From Vicugna vicugna (taxonomy: Eukaryota): a stretch of 64,000 nucleotides of DNA. Positions within the stretch are counted from its first letter, which is position 1; every line of letters starts with the position of its first letter. The notes beneath the pieces were generated by a model. It was not told where the DNA came from. It saw nothing but the letters and a program-made list of their open reading frames with translations, and made no database searches. The stretch spans positions 2,365,308 through 2,429,307 of the forward strand of contig MU061578.1 of the NCBI GenBank assembly GCA_013265495.1, written 5' to 3'. This document shows, in pieces, positions 38,741-51,500 of this stretch. A program made the position numbers and the translations under genes.

Positions 38741-39899
38741 CAGCATTTTTAAGCAGACTCGTGCTTTAGGTACTATTTTCCTTTTTATCAGAAAAATGCA
38801 AATATGAGTCCAGAGCAGCCCTTCCCTGTCTTCCTCTGGAACTGGTCAAGCATCTCTGAGGCTCCTTAGCTTGGGTGTTTGCACTTACCCAGGAAGACAG
38901 ACAACCCTTCTCATCTCACCAAGAACCCATCCCAGTCCTGCCCACAATGACTTTCCTTGAATCTTCACAGCCTGCAGACTTCCTCAGAGGAGGAGTCAAG
39001 ATGAAGGAAATGCCCCTTGCTTGGCTTGTCCCAGGAAAGTGCTGGCCTGTTCTCACTCCCACCCCCCTGAGACTGGGGATTGGCACAGAGGGACCTACCT
39101 CTATGTATATGGTCCCAGACTTGCTGTTGAGGAATGGGACCATTAAGCTGGGTTATAACATAAATGTAATGCCATCATCTGCTGAACAGATTCCTGCCTC
39201 CGGGTTGCCCTTGGCTGGAATCCCACCAGTTTGCCTTTAATTAAACCTGCATGTAGGGGTCCCCCCGCCACAACCCGGCTGGCAATAGGATCTGGAGGCA
39301 GTGCCTGTGAGCAAAGCCAGGGCAGCACCAGACACCGTGAAAGGTAACGTTTCCATCAGCTCCCTAAAGATGGTGTGTGTAGAGAGTTCAATGCCCACAC
39401 AAAGCAGATGTTTGGAGGCTCCGCGCCTCCCGGGAGAATGATGGGTGTGGAAGCAGGACCAGCTGGAGGAGGCAGCCCAGCCGAGCGGGCCGTGGCCTTG
39501 ATCTAACGCTCCCTGAGCTGGCAGCCTGGCATCGGCAGCATCCAAGTCGCCTGGGTGATTAAGTGAAAAGTCTGTACCTCACGGGGGAGGGAGCCACTTC
39601 TCCCAGTCCTTGAGACGATCCACAGGCTCAGTCGGCACTTATCCCAGGGAAGCGGAGCCAGGCAAAGCTGAGACCCACACAGCTGGGGATGTTTTCCCAC
39701 AAGCTCCATTACCAATCAACCCCTGCAGCTGCTCTCAGATCAGAGTGGAATCCAATCAGCCGATGCTCACGGGAACCCAGAAAGCAAGATTGTGCTCAGT
39801 GCCTTTCTAGACGCACCCCTCACCCACCCGTCCATGGTCCATGGCCGGGGTCCTCCCCTGCAACATCACAGCGCTAGACCCGGGGGGACTGCTGCAGAG

Positions 39900-40620
39900 G
39901 AGAGAGGCAGTCCTTGCCCTCTCAGGGCTTAGCGTCTGTTGTGGGATTTAGTGTTCATTGGGTAGTTAGAGGTATGAGAAGAGCCATGAAAGAAGTCCAA
40001 AGTGCTATGAGATCCCACCTAGCACATGAAGAGCCAAAGAATGACAGGAGTTGGCAGGAGAAGCAGGGTTGGAAGGAATCCTGCCAGAGGGGGCAGCAGT
40101 GAAGACCCCGGGCTGGCACTTTAAAGTCTAGTATCACTGGCATGTGGTAACAGGAAGGGCTGGAGAAACAGGTGACAGGAACTTTGGGGTCTTAAAGGCC
40201 ACTCTAAGAACTCTGACCATTCTCGGAGAACAGCAGGTGTTTGAGCAAGGTCAGGTGTGTTTGAAAAGGCTGCTCTGAATTTAAGGGGTGCAGGAGTGGA
40301 TGGGAGGGAAGTAGGAGGAGGCTGCAGGAAGATCCAAAAATTCAATCCAAGATGCTGGGGAGGTTGAACAGAAGCGGGAGATGGAGGGAAAAGATTCCAG
40401 GGGTGGATTTCCTAGGATGGGAGAATTTAAGGGATGTGAGGCATGGGAGTGAGGGAGAAGAGAAAAGGATGACTCCTAGGGTTTCTGTATGAGCGCCTGG
40501 GCGGCCACCTGTGCTGTTCCCTGAGCTAGGAGTCCCCATGGCAGTTCATGCGGGGAGAAGACGGCAGGTTTTGTCTTGACCTCGTTGGAGAGTTGGAGGT
40601 CTGCAGGTTCCGTGCACGAG
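39900..40620 (-). mobile_element. L2 fragment
   Basis: ccttgccctctcagggctt...ggccactctaagaactctg...aaggatgactcctagggtttctg. Confidence 0.7.
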
Positions 40621-41294
40621 GACCTCTGGGGTTGAGGAGGCGGAAACAACTGTGGAGTTTTTAATCTTCATTTAACCTCCGTTTCCTACATGGTTCATTA
40701 TTGGTACTTCACAGAGGGGTTCCTGAGGATTCGTTTAATATCTGCTGAGAACCTTGTAGGCCTCAGAACTAACAGCTGTCAGAACTAAATTAATAAAACA
40801 ACAAGGCAGCTTTTCTTTTTCTTTTTCTTTTTTTTTTTTTCATACCACCAGTCACTGTGTGGGAATGTTTGCAGAAGGCACCTGATCTCCCAGTGGCTTC
40901 TCGCGTTTTGAAATTGACAATTCTTTCGTTCCAGTCAATGAATTTCTAAATGTCAGACCATGGATGGGGTTTCCCTGACGGGGTTTGGGGTCCGAGGTCC
41001 TTCTTGAGATTCAGGAAGGATGAGGGAGCTGAAACAGATCTCTCTCTCCCCCACCCTCCCTCTCTGTTTCACTTACACACACATACACACCCTCCAATAA
41101 GTAAGGTTTGGTTACCAGAAAGAAAAGAGGCCAGCATGCCTTCCGACAAATGAGGGCAAGTAAGTAGAAGCCCATGTCATCCACCAGAAATTCCCAAACC
41201 CCAAATCTCTTTGCAAACAGAAACACTCCTCTTAAATCAGACTTAGCTTCACCTGGTAGGAAATCGCCCCTGACTTAACAGGAGACATTTTGTA

Positions 41295-41371
41295 TTAGGT
41301 TGAACCAAAAGGAATCTCCAGCATTCCACAGGACTGCTTATGACCCAAAGAATAGTCATTCATCAGCCTAA
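41295..41371. mobile_element. MADE2-like mariner MITE
   Basis: ta|ttaggttgaacca ... tcagcctaa: about 77 bp with degenerate terminal inverted repeats. Confidence 0.6.
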
Positions 41372-41372
41372 T

Positions 41373-41564
41373 GATATTTATTTATCCTGCTTAGTGTGAA
41401 AATTGGCTTGTTTGCAGAAATATTAATGTGTTTGGTTATGGAGCGCTGCCCCGGGCACCCCTGGAGGTGTGATGTAATGTGTAGCACAGGCACCTGAGAG
41501 TCTTTCTAAAATCTGAAAGATGAATTCCAGACCACACCTGGCCCCAGGGGTTTGGAAACCTGTA
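41373..41564. mobile_element. Tigger-family fossil (MamRep434-like)
   Basis: gcagaaatattaatgtgtttgg...gctgcccc...ctttctaaaatctgaaa...acacctggcccc...cctgta. Confidence 0.6.
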
Positions 41565-42084
41565 GCAATAAAACAGTCATTAAAACCACTTATGGGGCAC
41601 TTTCCATGTTGCAAGGCACTGGACATCAGATGACTTACTGGGAGTGAGGAGGAAGAAAGAGCATACGAATGCGAATTATACAGAGATGCATAAAGCACCA
41701 TTGTTCCCACTAAATTCTAGTTTCTGAAGCCCTGCAGTGTTTTGACATCATGATGCTGGGGTAAGCCTACCCCCAAGACAGGTCCATGCCTCCCTGACAT
41801 CCCCAGTGTGGAGGAAACCCCTGATTTAGCTATCTAGAGTGGACACTGTTAGTTACAGAGCCACTCAGCCTAATAGGATGCTCCTTACGTCCCAAGTCGG
41901 CTTGTTCTCAGAGCCTCACAAAATAATTACACTGGTCTTTTCTCCTGGAAAACAGTTTTCATTAACTCAGGGAAATGTGTGATTCTATAAAGACACCTCA
42001 CGTGGGGCTCCTAGGGGCATTCAATTAAGAAAGAGAAACCAACTTGGAAAACGTCCCGACAGTGTCTTATATCAGACAACCTGG

Positions 42085-42154
42085 AGGTAGGGGGAGTGGC
42101 GGGGAAGGAGTGGAGGAGTGAGGGGGAAGGAGTGGAGGGGTGAGGGGGAAGGGG
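42085..42154 (+). repeat. G-rich short tandem repeat, potential G-quadruplex
   Basis: Six runs of 4-5 G; the unit gaaggagtggaggRgtgagggg occurs twice. Confidence 0.7.
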
Positions 42155-43487
42155 CTTCAGCAGAGAGCTCTGAACTGTAGGCTCGGCTCCCAGTGGATAC
42201 CCGTGGCTTAACGCTTCTTTAATCTTGGCCCAAGCGGTGTAATAAGCCATTCTTAGAACTTAATAACTCCTCGGCATCCAATCAATAACAGCTCTGAAAC
42301 ATCCCTTCCCTGTATTTATTTAGTTCTCCAGCGTTCAGACACTTCAGCTCCTTATTCCCCACAATACCCACACCTGCACCTCGCTTCTTTTACAAACAGG
42401 GCAGCTCCGACATATCAACCCAAAAGGTGCACCTTTAAGAAATGGGCTTTGATGGAAACTTCCCATAATGGAAAAGCAAGAAGGACCAAAGAGATAAATG
42501 AGTCATCGTGTATGCAATATCTCCAAAAACAGCCTAAAATTGATGTAGACTCTTCTCCTGGTTCCTGTTAATGCAAAATATCATATGGGTCTTTGGGGAA
42601 AAGGGGCCAGGATGCACATCTTTTTTGGATTCGTCTGGAAAATTATGACCAACCAGTTAACCAACTTGCAATACGGACAAATCGGAAAACAATTTTTTCA
42701 GTTCCTCTCTTTGGTGGGTGGGTGGAGGCTATTTGCTTTGGTTTTTTAAACTATTTTCTTGGTCAATATGGACATTGGATTCAACAGAAAGATATGCAGG
42801 GAAGAAGCACAGGAGAAGAGGAAGAAGGAATGTGATGTCCATCTTGACAGGACTCCTTCTAAAGAAGAAATGGCTGCAAAATGGGTAGCCCCAGCCCAAA
42901 TGAGCAGATGACCCCACTTCAAAGTGCAAACACTGGTGATCCATTTGCTGCAGGCTTCATCTAATGCCAGCTTTGGATGCTATTATAAAAAAATGAGGGA
43001 AAATTTGGCCTCTTGGCACCAGATTCTCTGGGTGGTAATTCCAACTCAAGTAAAGGTTTCATTCCATATCAAGTAGAGATGGAGCTATCGCTTCTTCCTA
43101 TTTTTTTGTCAGAGAGGTAGCCAGCCTCATTAGATCACCAGAGGTTAACTGATTATTTACTGATTAGGTCTACACCGTGTGGCACTTCTGACTGTCCCAT
43201 GTGCCTCTGGAAGCTTTACTTCTGAGACAGGTAGCTTCAACCCTCGTTGGCTTGGGACATATGTTCCACTCCCATCAGGTAGGAGTCATTGCCAGGGAAT
43301 GTGGTGCCAGAAATTGCCATTTTCCAGGGAGACTTTGGCAGCTATGGACAAGGAAGTTGACTCTTCTGAGCTCCAGATGTATCATCCATAAAGTGAGAAA
43401 CGTGGTACCTACCTGACATAGAGCTGTTAGGATGGCCATCTGAGATAGAGCACAGAAAGGACAAGTACCCAATGCATGGTAGCTGTG

Positions 43488-43655
43488 CTGATGACAATGA
43501 CAACAGTGATGATGATAACAATAGAATGGGGCTGACGATGAAGATGACTTTGATGATGGTGACAATAATGATGATGACGAAAGTGATGATACAATGCTAA
43601 CCATGGTGATGACGGTGACGATGGTGATGATGTGGACAGTGAGGACGATGATGAT
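43488..43655. repeat. Degenerate (GAT)n trinucleotide repeat at the tail of a MIR
   Basis: gatgacaatgacaacagtgatgatgataac...gatggtgatgatg; MIR core lies immediately upstream (about 43340-43487). Confidence 0.88.
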
Positions 43656-44829
43656 TTTCTTGTCCTCTATTTCACCCATTCTTCAACATCTGATTTCTCA
43701 GAATTAAAATTAAGCAACAGACTCTTCAAAGAGCGATTGAGGATGTTTTTAGGGTAAAGGAAGCTTCACAGTTGTGATGAAGTACATCCTTTTATAAAGC
43801 AAATGTGCTTCCATGATGATAAAATAATTCCAGCGTGAAATCTCTCAGCAAAGGTGGTTGTACCACAAGGTGAATGACCCTTATTATCACAAAGCTGTTA
43901 AAGTATCTGTTTGTTATCTGGTGAGCCGGGGAGACAGGGCCAAAGCCCATTTAGGACAGGATTTTCCAAGCCGCAGGATCCGAAGAGCCAGGTCTCCGCC
44001 CCGTGGTTGGGCTGCCGCCATCTCTACAGCTCACATCTGGCTTTGTAAAGCTTACCCCTCTGGAGCCAACACCTCTTGCAAAATGAAAAAAAAAAAAATC
44101 ACGACTTTCAAGAGTTCACTTCCAGCTCCCGATTTCCCTAAAAGTTTCCCTAATTTTCCAGAGCCCAGAGGTGCAGAGACTGAAATATGGAGGAGTTAGA
44201 ATGGTGCTGACTCTCCACTCAAAGTATGGAATCATTTTCCTCAGTTAAAAACAAAAACAGCTACTGGTCTGTGGCACGACAGGCTCATGAGGAGATGAAA
44301 ACCCTCCACAGAGAGCTGGAAGGTGGAAGATTCTAAGGCAGCACGGTCAGATCTTATGTTTTCCAGGTGGGGGCAACTAGCAGCGTGATTTGTTGGGTCA
44401 AATAGCACAAAATTACTTCTCCTTCTGAGACTGAGTTTCCTCACCTGGAAAAATGAACTAGATGATCTTGACGCCCTCCCGGGCCCCTTGCACATGTGAA
44501 ATTCTACCATTCTAAGATTATAAATCTGCCTGTTGTCAAGTTACTCAGCCTTCCACCCAAAGCAACAGATGAAAGCCTGACGATCTCAGTCTCGTCAGAA
44601 CAGCATTAGGAGGGTGCGGCGCCGGGTGGTGGTGGAGGCGAAACAAAGAAGCTGAAATGTAAACACAATACAGTACAGGACAGGCCTGTGTCCTGGAAAG
44701 GAGCCTTGGGAGGCCTTGCAGGGGGCGCCGGAGGGTAAATGCAGGGGCCAAGGTCTGGGACCAGGGAGACAGCCAGTCAAGGGAAGGCTCCGCTCCAGGA
44801 AGGTAAGACCTGGTCCCTGCATCCCTTGG

Positions 44830-45012
44830 GGCTGGAGCTCCCAAAACGAGCAGAGTTCAAATCATCTGGAGCTTATACTGAAATAGTCTTCCCAGGATCC
44901 ATCCCTAGTCATTCTAACTCAGTAAATGTGGGTGGGACCCAGGAATCTGCATTTTAATGAGCACCCAAAAGTGATTATGACACAGGTGGGGAAAGGGGTG
45001 TGGAGCACCTCA
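44830..45012. mobile_element. MER5A-like (hAT-Charlie)
   Basis: attctaactcagtaaatgtgggtgggacccaggaatctgcattttaatgagcaccc...gtgattatga. Confidence 0.8.
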
Positions 45013-45119
45013 GGCCAAAGCAGTGATGAGAAAATTGGAGAGGAACCATTTTTAGGGTCTTCACAATCCTCCTCTCCCAGGCTGGGTGCCAGCGCCAGCA
45101 TTTGCAACAGCTGCCAGGG

Positions 45120-46102
45120 GAAACTCCGACACTCCTTTCTTCCAGTGCTCACTCCAAATGCCTCGGAGTCACCTCTGATGCCTCTCTTCCTCTCCCACCA
45201 CACCTCTAATCCATCAGTAAATCCTCCCAGCTCCACCCTTAGAACACAACCCCTGTCACCCACTTCTCACTACCTCTGTCTTCTCCTCTGTGGTCTGGAC
45301 CACCATCATTGCAGGAGCCTCCTCAGCATCCTCCCTGTGTTTGCCCTGGCCCCACAAAAAGAAGGCAGGTCAAGCCGCGCTTCTGCTTAAAGCCCTCAAC
45401 ACCTCCCGCCTCCCTCGAGGGAGGAGCCTTCCGTGGCCAGCTGCCCCCAGCTCCCATCACGTTACCCATCTGGCCTCATCCCCCTAGTGCCCTTCCCCTT
45501 GCTCATTCCTTTTCAAACACATTCTCCTGTGCTGGCTGGTCTTTCAGCCCAATCTCTCCTGCCGCGGTGTCCGCAGGGTTTGCTCCTCACCTCTTTATGT
45601 CTTGGCCCGGATGTCATCTTAGTGGGCTTGCTTTGCACCCTTTGTAGAATAGCCAACCCCTCCCCCCCAGGCACCCCTCCTCTCCCATTACTTGTTCTCC
45701 ATGATGCTGTTTCACAGATTATCATCTTCCTCCCCGTAAAAGAATGATTCCCAGCTCTGGGTGATTGGCCCTCTGGGTACCATCCAGCGAGGCCTGGAGA
45801 GATTCCGATGGTCACAACTGGGCGAGGGGATGCTTCTGGCCTCTAGTGAGTAGAGACCGACAATGCTGCTAAACACCCTAAAAAGTACAGGACCGCTGCC
45901 CATACATAACAAGACATCATCTGGCCCCAGATGTTAATAGTACCAAGGCTGAGAAATCCTGCCACAAAATATGAGGTCTATGAGGTCAGAGATTTTTGTC
46001 TGTCTCATCCATTGCTGTGTCCCCACTACCCAGAAGAGTGCTGTGAACACAGTATCCACCCTCATAAACTTTGTCAAAAGATGTAAAAGAATAAATAAAT
46101 GA
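45120..46102 (+). mobile_element. L2a-type 3' region interrupted by MER20
   Basis: ctaatccatcagtaaatcct...tctggaccacc...; resumes after 45969 with tatgaggtcagagatttttgtctgt...attgctgtgtcccc and tail ataaataaatga. Confidence 0.85.
45742..45961 (+). mobile_element. MER20 (hAT-Charlie), full length
   Basis: gtcacaactggg...tgcttctggcctctagtgagtagag...atgctgctaaaca...atgttaatagtaccaaggctgagaaatcctg; degenerate TSD ccgtaaaa/ccacaaaa. Confidence 0.9.
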
Positions 46103-46589
46103 CCAGATCCTTCCCAGAAAACCTGGGGAGCTTCTGAGCTGCGTTTGAGTCTCCGTCCTCTGATACAGGATGGACTTGATAGAAGATTCCTGGGGCTCCA
46201 AGGAGTCACCTGGACTAAGCCTCCCCATTCCCAACAAACCGTTTATTTAAGTTACCACAAGGGGAGGAGCGGCAAAGGGCAGATGAGCAGCAAAGGCTTG
46301 CTCTGCTCTATGGGAGACTCACGTGGTGTGCCTTGTGATATTCCCATTAGAAATAAGACAGGGTCCACACCTTACTTATGAAGGGTGAGGATGTCCTTCA
46401 TCACTGGACCCCAAAGAAGAAAACACCCTTGGCTGATTTCTAATCCTTAGAGATCTGGATTCATGTCTTATTTTTTAATTTCTCCTAGAAATTTAGTAAG
46501 TATAGCACATGGAATGCTCTTAATGCCCAACATTAGTCTGCCCACTGGGGGCTCACCTGCCCTGATAAAGCACTCAGAACGGTCAAATG

Positions 46590-46780
46590 GCTGATCTTTA
46601 TTGAATGCTTGCCAGGGATGGGGAACTATTCTAAGGACTTCACATGTACTAATTCACATGTAAACCTCACAACAATGATTTTATCCTCACTTTACAGATT
46701 AGGAAATGGAGGTTCAGGGCACACAGAGAGGAAGGGATAAAGTTGGAATTAGAACCCAGACCGTCTGGTTCAAACCTACT
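46590..46780 (-). mobile_element. MIR SINE
   Basis: tttattgaatgctt...aacctcacaacaa...cctcactttacagattaggaaatggagg. Confidence 0.85.
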
Positions 46781-47329
46781 GTGTATGCTGTATGTGGATC
46801 CAGCTGTACATGAAACCTGGTATTAGAAGGTGAGAAGAGACGACAGATAGAGGGGTGGCCAACACACACCATGAAGGAGACCCCAAGGCCTCGCCCTGTG
46901 TTCGCTGGGTCGGGAGGACACACCCAGGCGCCTCGCCATGTGTTGTGTTTCCATGCCCTATAAAACGCTCCTCTGTGAATGTCACCGCGTGTTGACGCCA
47001 TAAAAAGGCTGATAAAGTTTAAACCTCACTCCTAATGTGGAAATTCTCCCTTAACTGCCAAGTTCACATCACTCTGGGTTTTTAATCTTTATGATATCTG
47101 CAATATGAGTGACATTATGTCCTGTCCTTCTACTAGGATCCTCTTACGTAGGAGACAGAACAGGATGAACCCCAAACAATTTAAATAGAAAGAACCATGT
47201 CAAGACAGGAAGAGGAGAAAAATAACCCTTACTTCTCATACTCACACAGGATGCCCCAAATAAAGATCATATAGCGGGGATATGAGGAAGGGGAAAGGAG
47301 AGTCATTGATTGAATACCTGACCCACTCT

Positions 47330-47720
47330 GTCATGCTGTGAAGTTAAGAGACATGGCTTTGGAGTCATACAGATTCCTGGTCCTACCGTTTCATTGACTT
47401 TGGGCATTTAACTTCATCTCTCTAAGCCTTGGTATCCTCATCTGTGAAATGGGAATGATAAAGTACCTGCTCATGGAGCTGTTCTGAGTATCCAATGGGA
47501 TGGTGGATTTAAGTTCCCAGCACAGTGGCCAGAATAGAGAGAGTGCTCAAAAGGAATATCAACTTTTATCATTAACCCTTACCAAAAATTTCTGAAAAGA
47601 GTAACATTCATTCCATTTTACAGAGAAGTAAGTAATCAGAAAATCAGCCAATGCCCAAGGTGAGACATAGTCAAAACCAAGTCTCAAATATGTCTGTTTT
47701 CAAAGCACATTCATTAACTC
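47330..47720. mobile_element. Two MIRs tail-to-tail (+ then -)
   Basis: ctctaagccttggtatcctcatctgtgaaatggg (+) and ttccattttacagagaag...tgcccaaggt (-). Confidence 0.8.
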
Positions 47721-48429
47721 CAAGACACCCACACTGGAAGTGGTCAACCCTTAAGAGACATTCTACCCTCCCAGACTAATGCCTCAAGTCAGGAGAAAGG
47801 TTTCAGTCCCCTCATGAGGACACATGAAGAAGAAGTGCTGTGATTTTCCAAACCCACTTGAGTTATTTGGCAGGATGAGTGAAACTTCAAACATCTTAAA
47901 TATTGATTTCAAAGCATGAGTTCTCAAGGCCATCACTGAGCAAAGCTGAGGACACGAGAAGAGTCTGGATGAGAAAGAAAGCACAGGAGAGGAGACACCC
48001 CTGCCAATGGTGGGCAGAGAAGGAACTGCAGGAAACCATTGAATTTATCCCAACAATGCCAGCCCCCTACTGAAGACAAAAGCTGACAAAGTGATAGCCC
48101 TCACCCACCCTTGGATCACTACGTGCCTAACTCTCAAATTCCAAAGGACTATGTTCTTATCCCCACAACCTGTGCTCTGCTACCTGTCCCGTCTCCACTA
48201 ACACTGGCAATGAATTTACTGACAAAATATGCTAATGATAAGTAGTGGTGGTGGGGATGACGATGGTGGTTTTGATGGTGATTTCACCTAAATGTAGACA
48301 GAGCCCTCCCAGCCAGAAGGCTATTTTGCTGGTAATCTGAATATTCCAGCACTATGGTTCAAGTTGGTTTCCCCTCCATCTGCAGACACAGAAATTAGCC
48401 CCACTCTTCATAGGAAACCTAGTATTGAA

Positions 48430-48635
48430 CATCTGAGCCACCACCACCTCACTGTGAGACCCTGGGCAGATTATTTACTCTCTGGGCGCCTCATTTTCCC
48501 CATCTATAAGGTAGAGGCTATAGTGGTACCTACTTTGCAGGGTGATTGTAAAGATTAAATGAGCTAGCACTTGTAATGCACTTAGGAGAATACTTGGCAC
48601 ATCATAAAGACTCGATGCATGTTAGCTATTAACAT
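48430..48635 (+). mobile_element. MIR SINE
   Basis: ctgtgagaccctgggcag...cctcattttccccatctataag...gtaaagattaaatgag...cttggcacat. Confidence 0.88.
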
Positions 48636-50599
48636 CAGCATTTACTCTGAGAAGTGTGCTATAACTCACAATGATGCCAAAGTGATGCAGCCCCGGGGCC
48701 ATGTGTGCCCATATATCCACGGGGCCATGGGGTGTGGGATGCAGTTAGACAGCCCAATACTTCCTCTCCCGGGTATGGGCTCCATCTGGCTTTCCCCAGC
48801 TGTTCACAAGGCCTTTCTGTTCCGGGAAAGCCAATCCATCTGAGGGCCTTTGTTTGGCATTTCCAGTCTCAGTAATTGGGAGGCTTACCATCTAAGGCAG
48901 AAAACCAAATGTCTTCTGTTGGTTAAAGCGAAAGTGAGAACAGAAACGTGTTAGAGTACGTGGACTCCCAGCGGTGAAGCCACTTCCTTCTGATGAATTG
49001 CGACACGTGGAAATCAATCCAGGTCACTTAGGAGAACAACTTGGTTTCTGGTGTCCAAATGAATCGCTGCTAATTTATTATGCTGCTATTTGATTAAATA
49101 CACAAGAAGGGAGTGAGTCGATGTGGAGTGTCTGAGGGTGAATTGTCTTGTGGCTCATTTGTGAGTGTCTCCCTGTCTAATACTCAACAAAAAATGAACG
49201 GTTCCAGAGCACTCTAAAACTATCCAGGCGGTTTCTCCATATTATGGTTGATTTTTTGTTTTGTTTTATTCTTGTTTTTCTGCAATCTCTAGGATATGAG
49301 ACACATTGCCAAAAAAAAAAAATCAGGCAATATCAGGAAATCAGCCAGCAACAAAATACAATAACCAGAAGGAGTGGGTCAGCACATATTAAACTCCATC
49401 TCCAAAATCTTTATTTTTAACTACGCCATCTAAAGTAAATGTCATCACACACCTCCCACTTTAAATACTGCTCCAACGTTGCAAATGGATATTTATGCAT
49501 TTGATTACATATCTATTGTCTATCTTCCCTACGTGTAGAAGGCAACTGGAGAGCTGACAAAAGCCGGTCTGAACAGTCTCACATGTTAACCTCATTATAA
49601 AGCCTGAGAGCGTCTGGGAGGAGCAAGGCCAGGCTTGGCTGAATGAAGACTCCCACCCCCAGGAGGCTCTGCTCTGTCTCATTTCCACATGACACCAGCC
49701 TAAACAGACTGGCTGTTGGAAAATACCTCAGGACATCTTACGAACAGATTCCAGGCAATTTCTACACCACCATCACCCTAGGTTGACATGAGGAAGGAGG
49801 AAAAGTGACTTCCAAATTCTAATGCAGAGTGATTCATACACCACCACACACAAACATGGAGTACTTTTCTTTCTGAACCCCAGAACATCATGGAGGTAGC
49901 TCAGCAAAAGATGAGGAAGAGGCAATTCCTGTTTGTTCTGGGACTGGTTTATTCAGCTAATCCATGTCATGTTTTTCACTCAGTATCTCCCTAAGGTTGT
50001 AGCCACAGTCACAAACCCTGGATGTTCCCTTTTTCCTGACATCACCACTGCCTCCTGCTTACTGGTGATGGGTAAAGCAACTGTTGCCCATGTCCTAACA
50101 GAACAATGTCTGGGTAACTGGAACTCTTCCAAGTGCCACCCCTCAACCTGCAGAACCTACACAACCAATCCACATAAGAAACCTGTCATGGACACCAAGG
50201 TCGAGGTCTGATCCAAACAGCAGGACATCTGTCTCTAATTCCATGTTCAGGAGATAAGGTGACCAGGATGACTGTGCATCAGCTAGAAAAACAAGAACAT
50301 TGCAATGGATTCCCAAACCTTATTGAACAGTTGGCTCTTTGTCCAAAATGGATGGTTTCCATCTTGTAACAAGTCTTCTTGGGGTTGTAAATAATCAATC
50401 TATTCTTTAAGTGGCAGGCAGCTGGGAATACCACCTTTTGCTTTTGGCAAACCCACAGATGGCCTCACATGACACCAAAAGGAGAAAATAAACCTAACAG
50501 GAGAAGAAGGACTCATTTCCTTATCCAAGAGGAAGAAATCAGAAGAAAAGACCCATTCCATTGGATAGAAATATTTGTATGCACTCAGCAACAGACACA

Positions 50600-50929
50600 G
50601 GGGGCTGGGGTGGAGGAGGGGGAATGGATGAAAGTGGTCAAAGGCACAAACTTCCAGTCACAAGATGAATAGTTCTGAGGATGTAATAAGTAGCATGGAG
50701 ATTACAATGAACAATGCTGTACTGTATATTTGAAAGATGCTAAGAGAGTAGATTTTAAAAGTCCTCACCACAGACAAAAAGTGTAACTATGTGTTGTGGT
50801 TACAGATGTTAACTAACCTTATTGTGGCAATCATTATGCAATACATACATATATCAAATCATTACCTTGTACACCTTAAACTTACATAATGTCACGTGTC
50901 AATTATATTTCAATAAAGGCAGAAATAAA
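50600..50929 (+). mobile_element. L1MA9/10-like 3' end
   Basis: ggtcaaaggcacaaacttccagt...tgctaagagagtagattttaaaagtcctcacc...tgtacaccttaaacttac...aattatatttcaataaag. Confidence 0.9.
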
Positions 50930-51198
50930 CACAGGCGTTATATGAATAAAGGTTATGATTATGATTTCTTGTAAGATTGGAGAAATGAAACAATCCAAGA
51001 AGAGAGCCAGAAGGACAGATTCAATGGGAGGAAATGAAAAGTTAATCAAGTGAGAAAAGGTGACATAGTATGGGGAGGGGAGGAGAAACACTCTTCCCTA
51101 CTATTTTTAAGAAATGTGTACTGTGTGCTCTGAGTGGTGGATGAAACAAGAGTTGTTCCTACCTACATAAAGCTCATAGTCTAGTGTCAGTGACAGAC

Positions 51199-51252
51199 CA
51201 CACACACACATGCAAACACACACACACACACATACACGCGCACACACACACA
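51199..51252. repeat. Imperfect (CA)n microsatellite
   Basis: Visible directly in the sequence. Confidence 0.92.
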
Positions 51253-51274
51253 AGTAAAGGTACTTTTATAAACT

Positions 51275-51500
51275 GTGGTAGGAGACAGAAAGCAGATCAG
51301 CAGTTGCCAGGGGCTGGGGAAGAGGATGGGAAATGGGAGGTGAGTGCTAATAGGTATGAGAATTTCAGCTGGTGATGGACATGTTCTAAAACTTACTATG
51401 ATGATGGCTGCATGACTCAGGGCACATACTTAAAATCACTGAATTGTACTCTCAGTGGGTGAATTGTATGGTGTGTGAATTATATCTCAATAAAAATGTT
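51275..51500 (+). mobile_element. L1MB/MC-type 3' end
   Basis: agacagaaagcagatcagcagttgccagggg...gtgaattgtatggtgtgtgaattatatctcaataaa. Confidence 0.9.

Noticed and set aside
43275..43679. Ser/His/Ile-rich 134-aa ORF
   Set aside because: Translation of a degenerate (GAT)n repeat and a MIR.
12290..51420. Apparent abundance of AP-1 (TGASTCA) sites
   Set aside because: About a dozen seen versus roughly eight expected by chance for this 7-mer in 64 kb; not a convincing enrichment.
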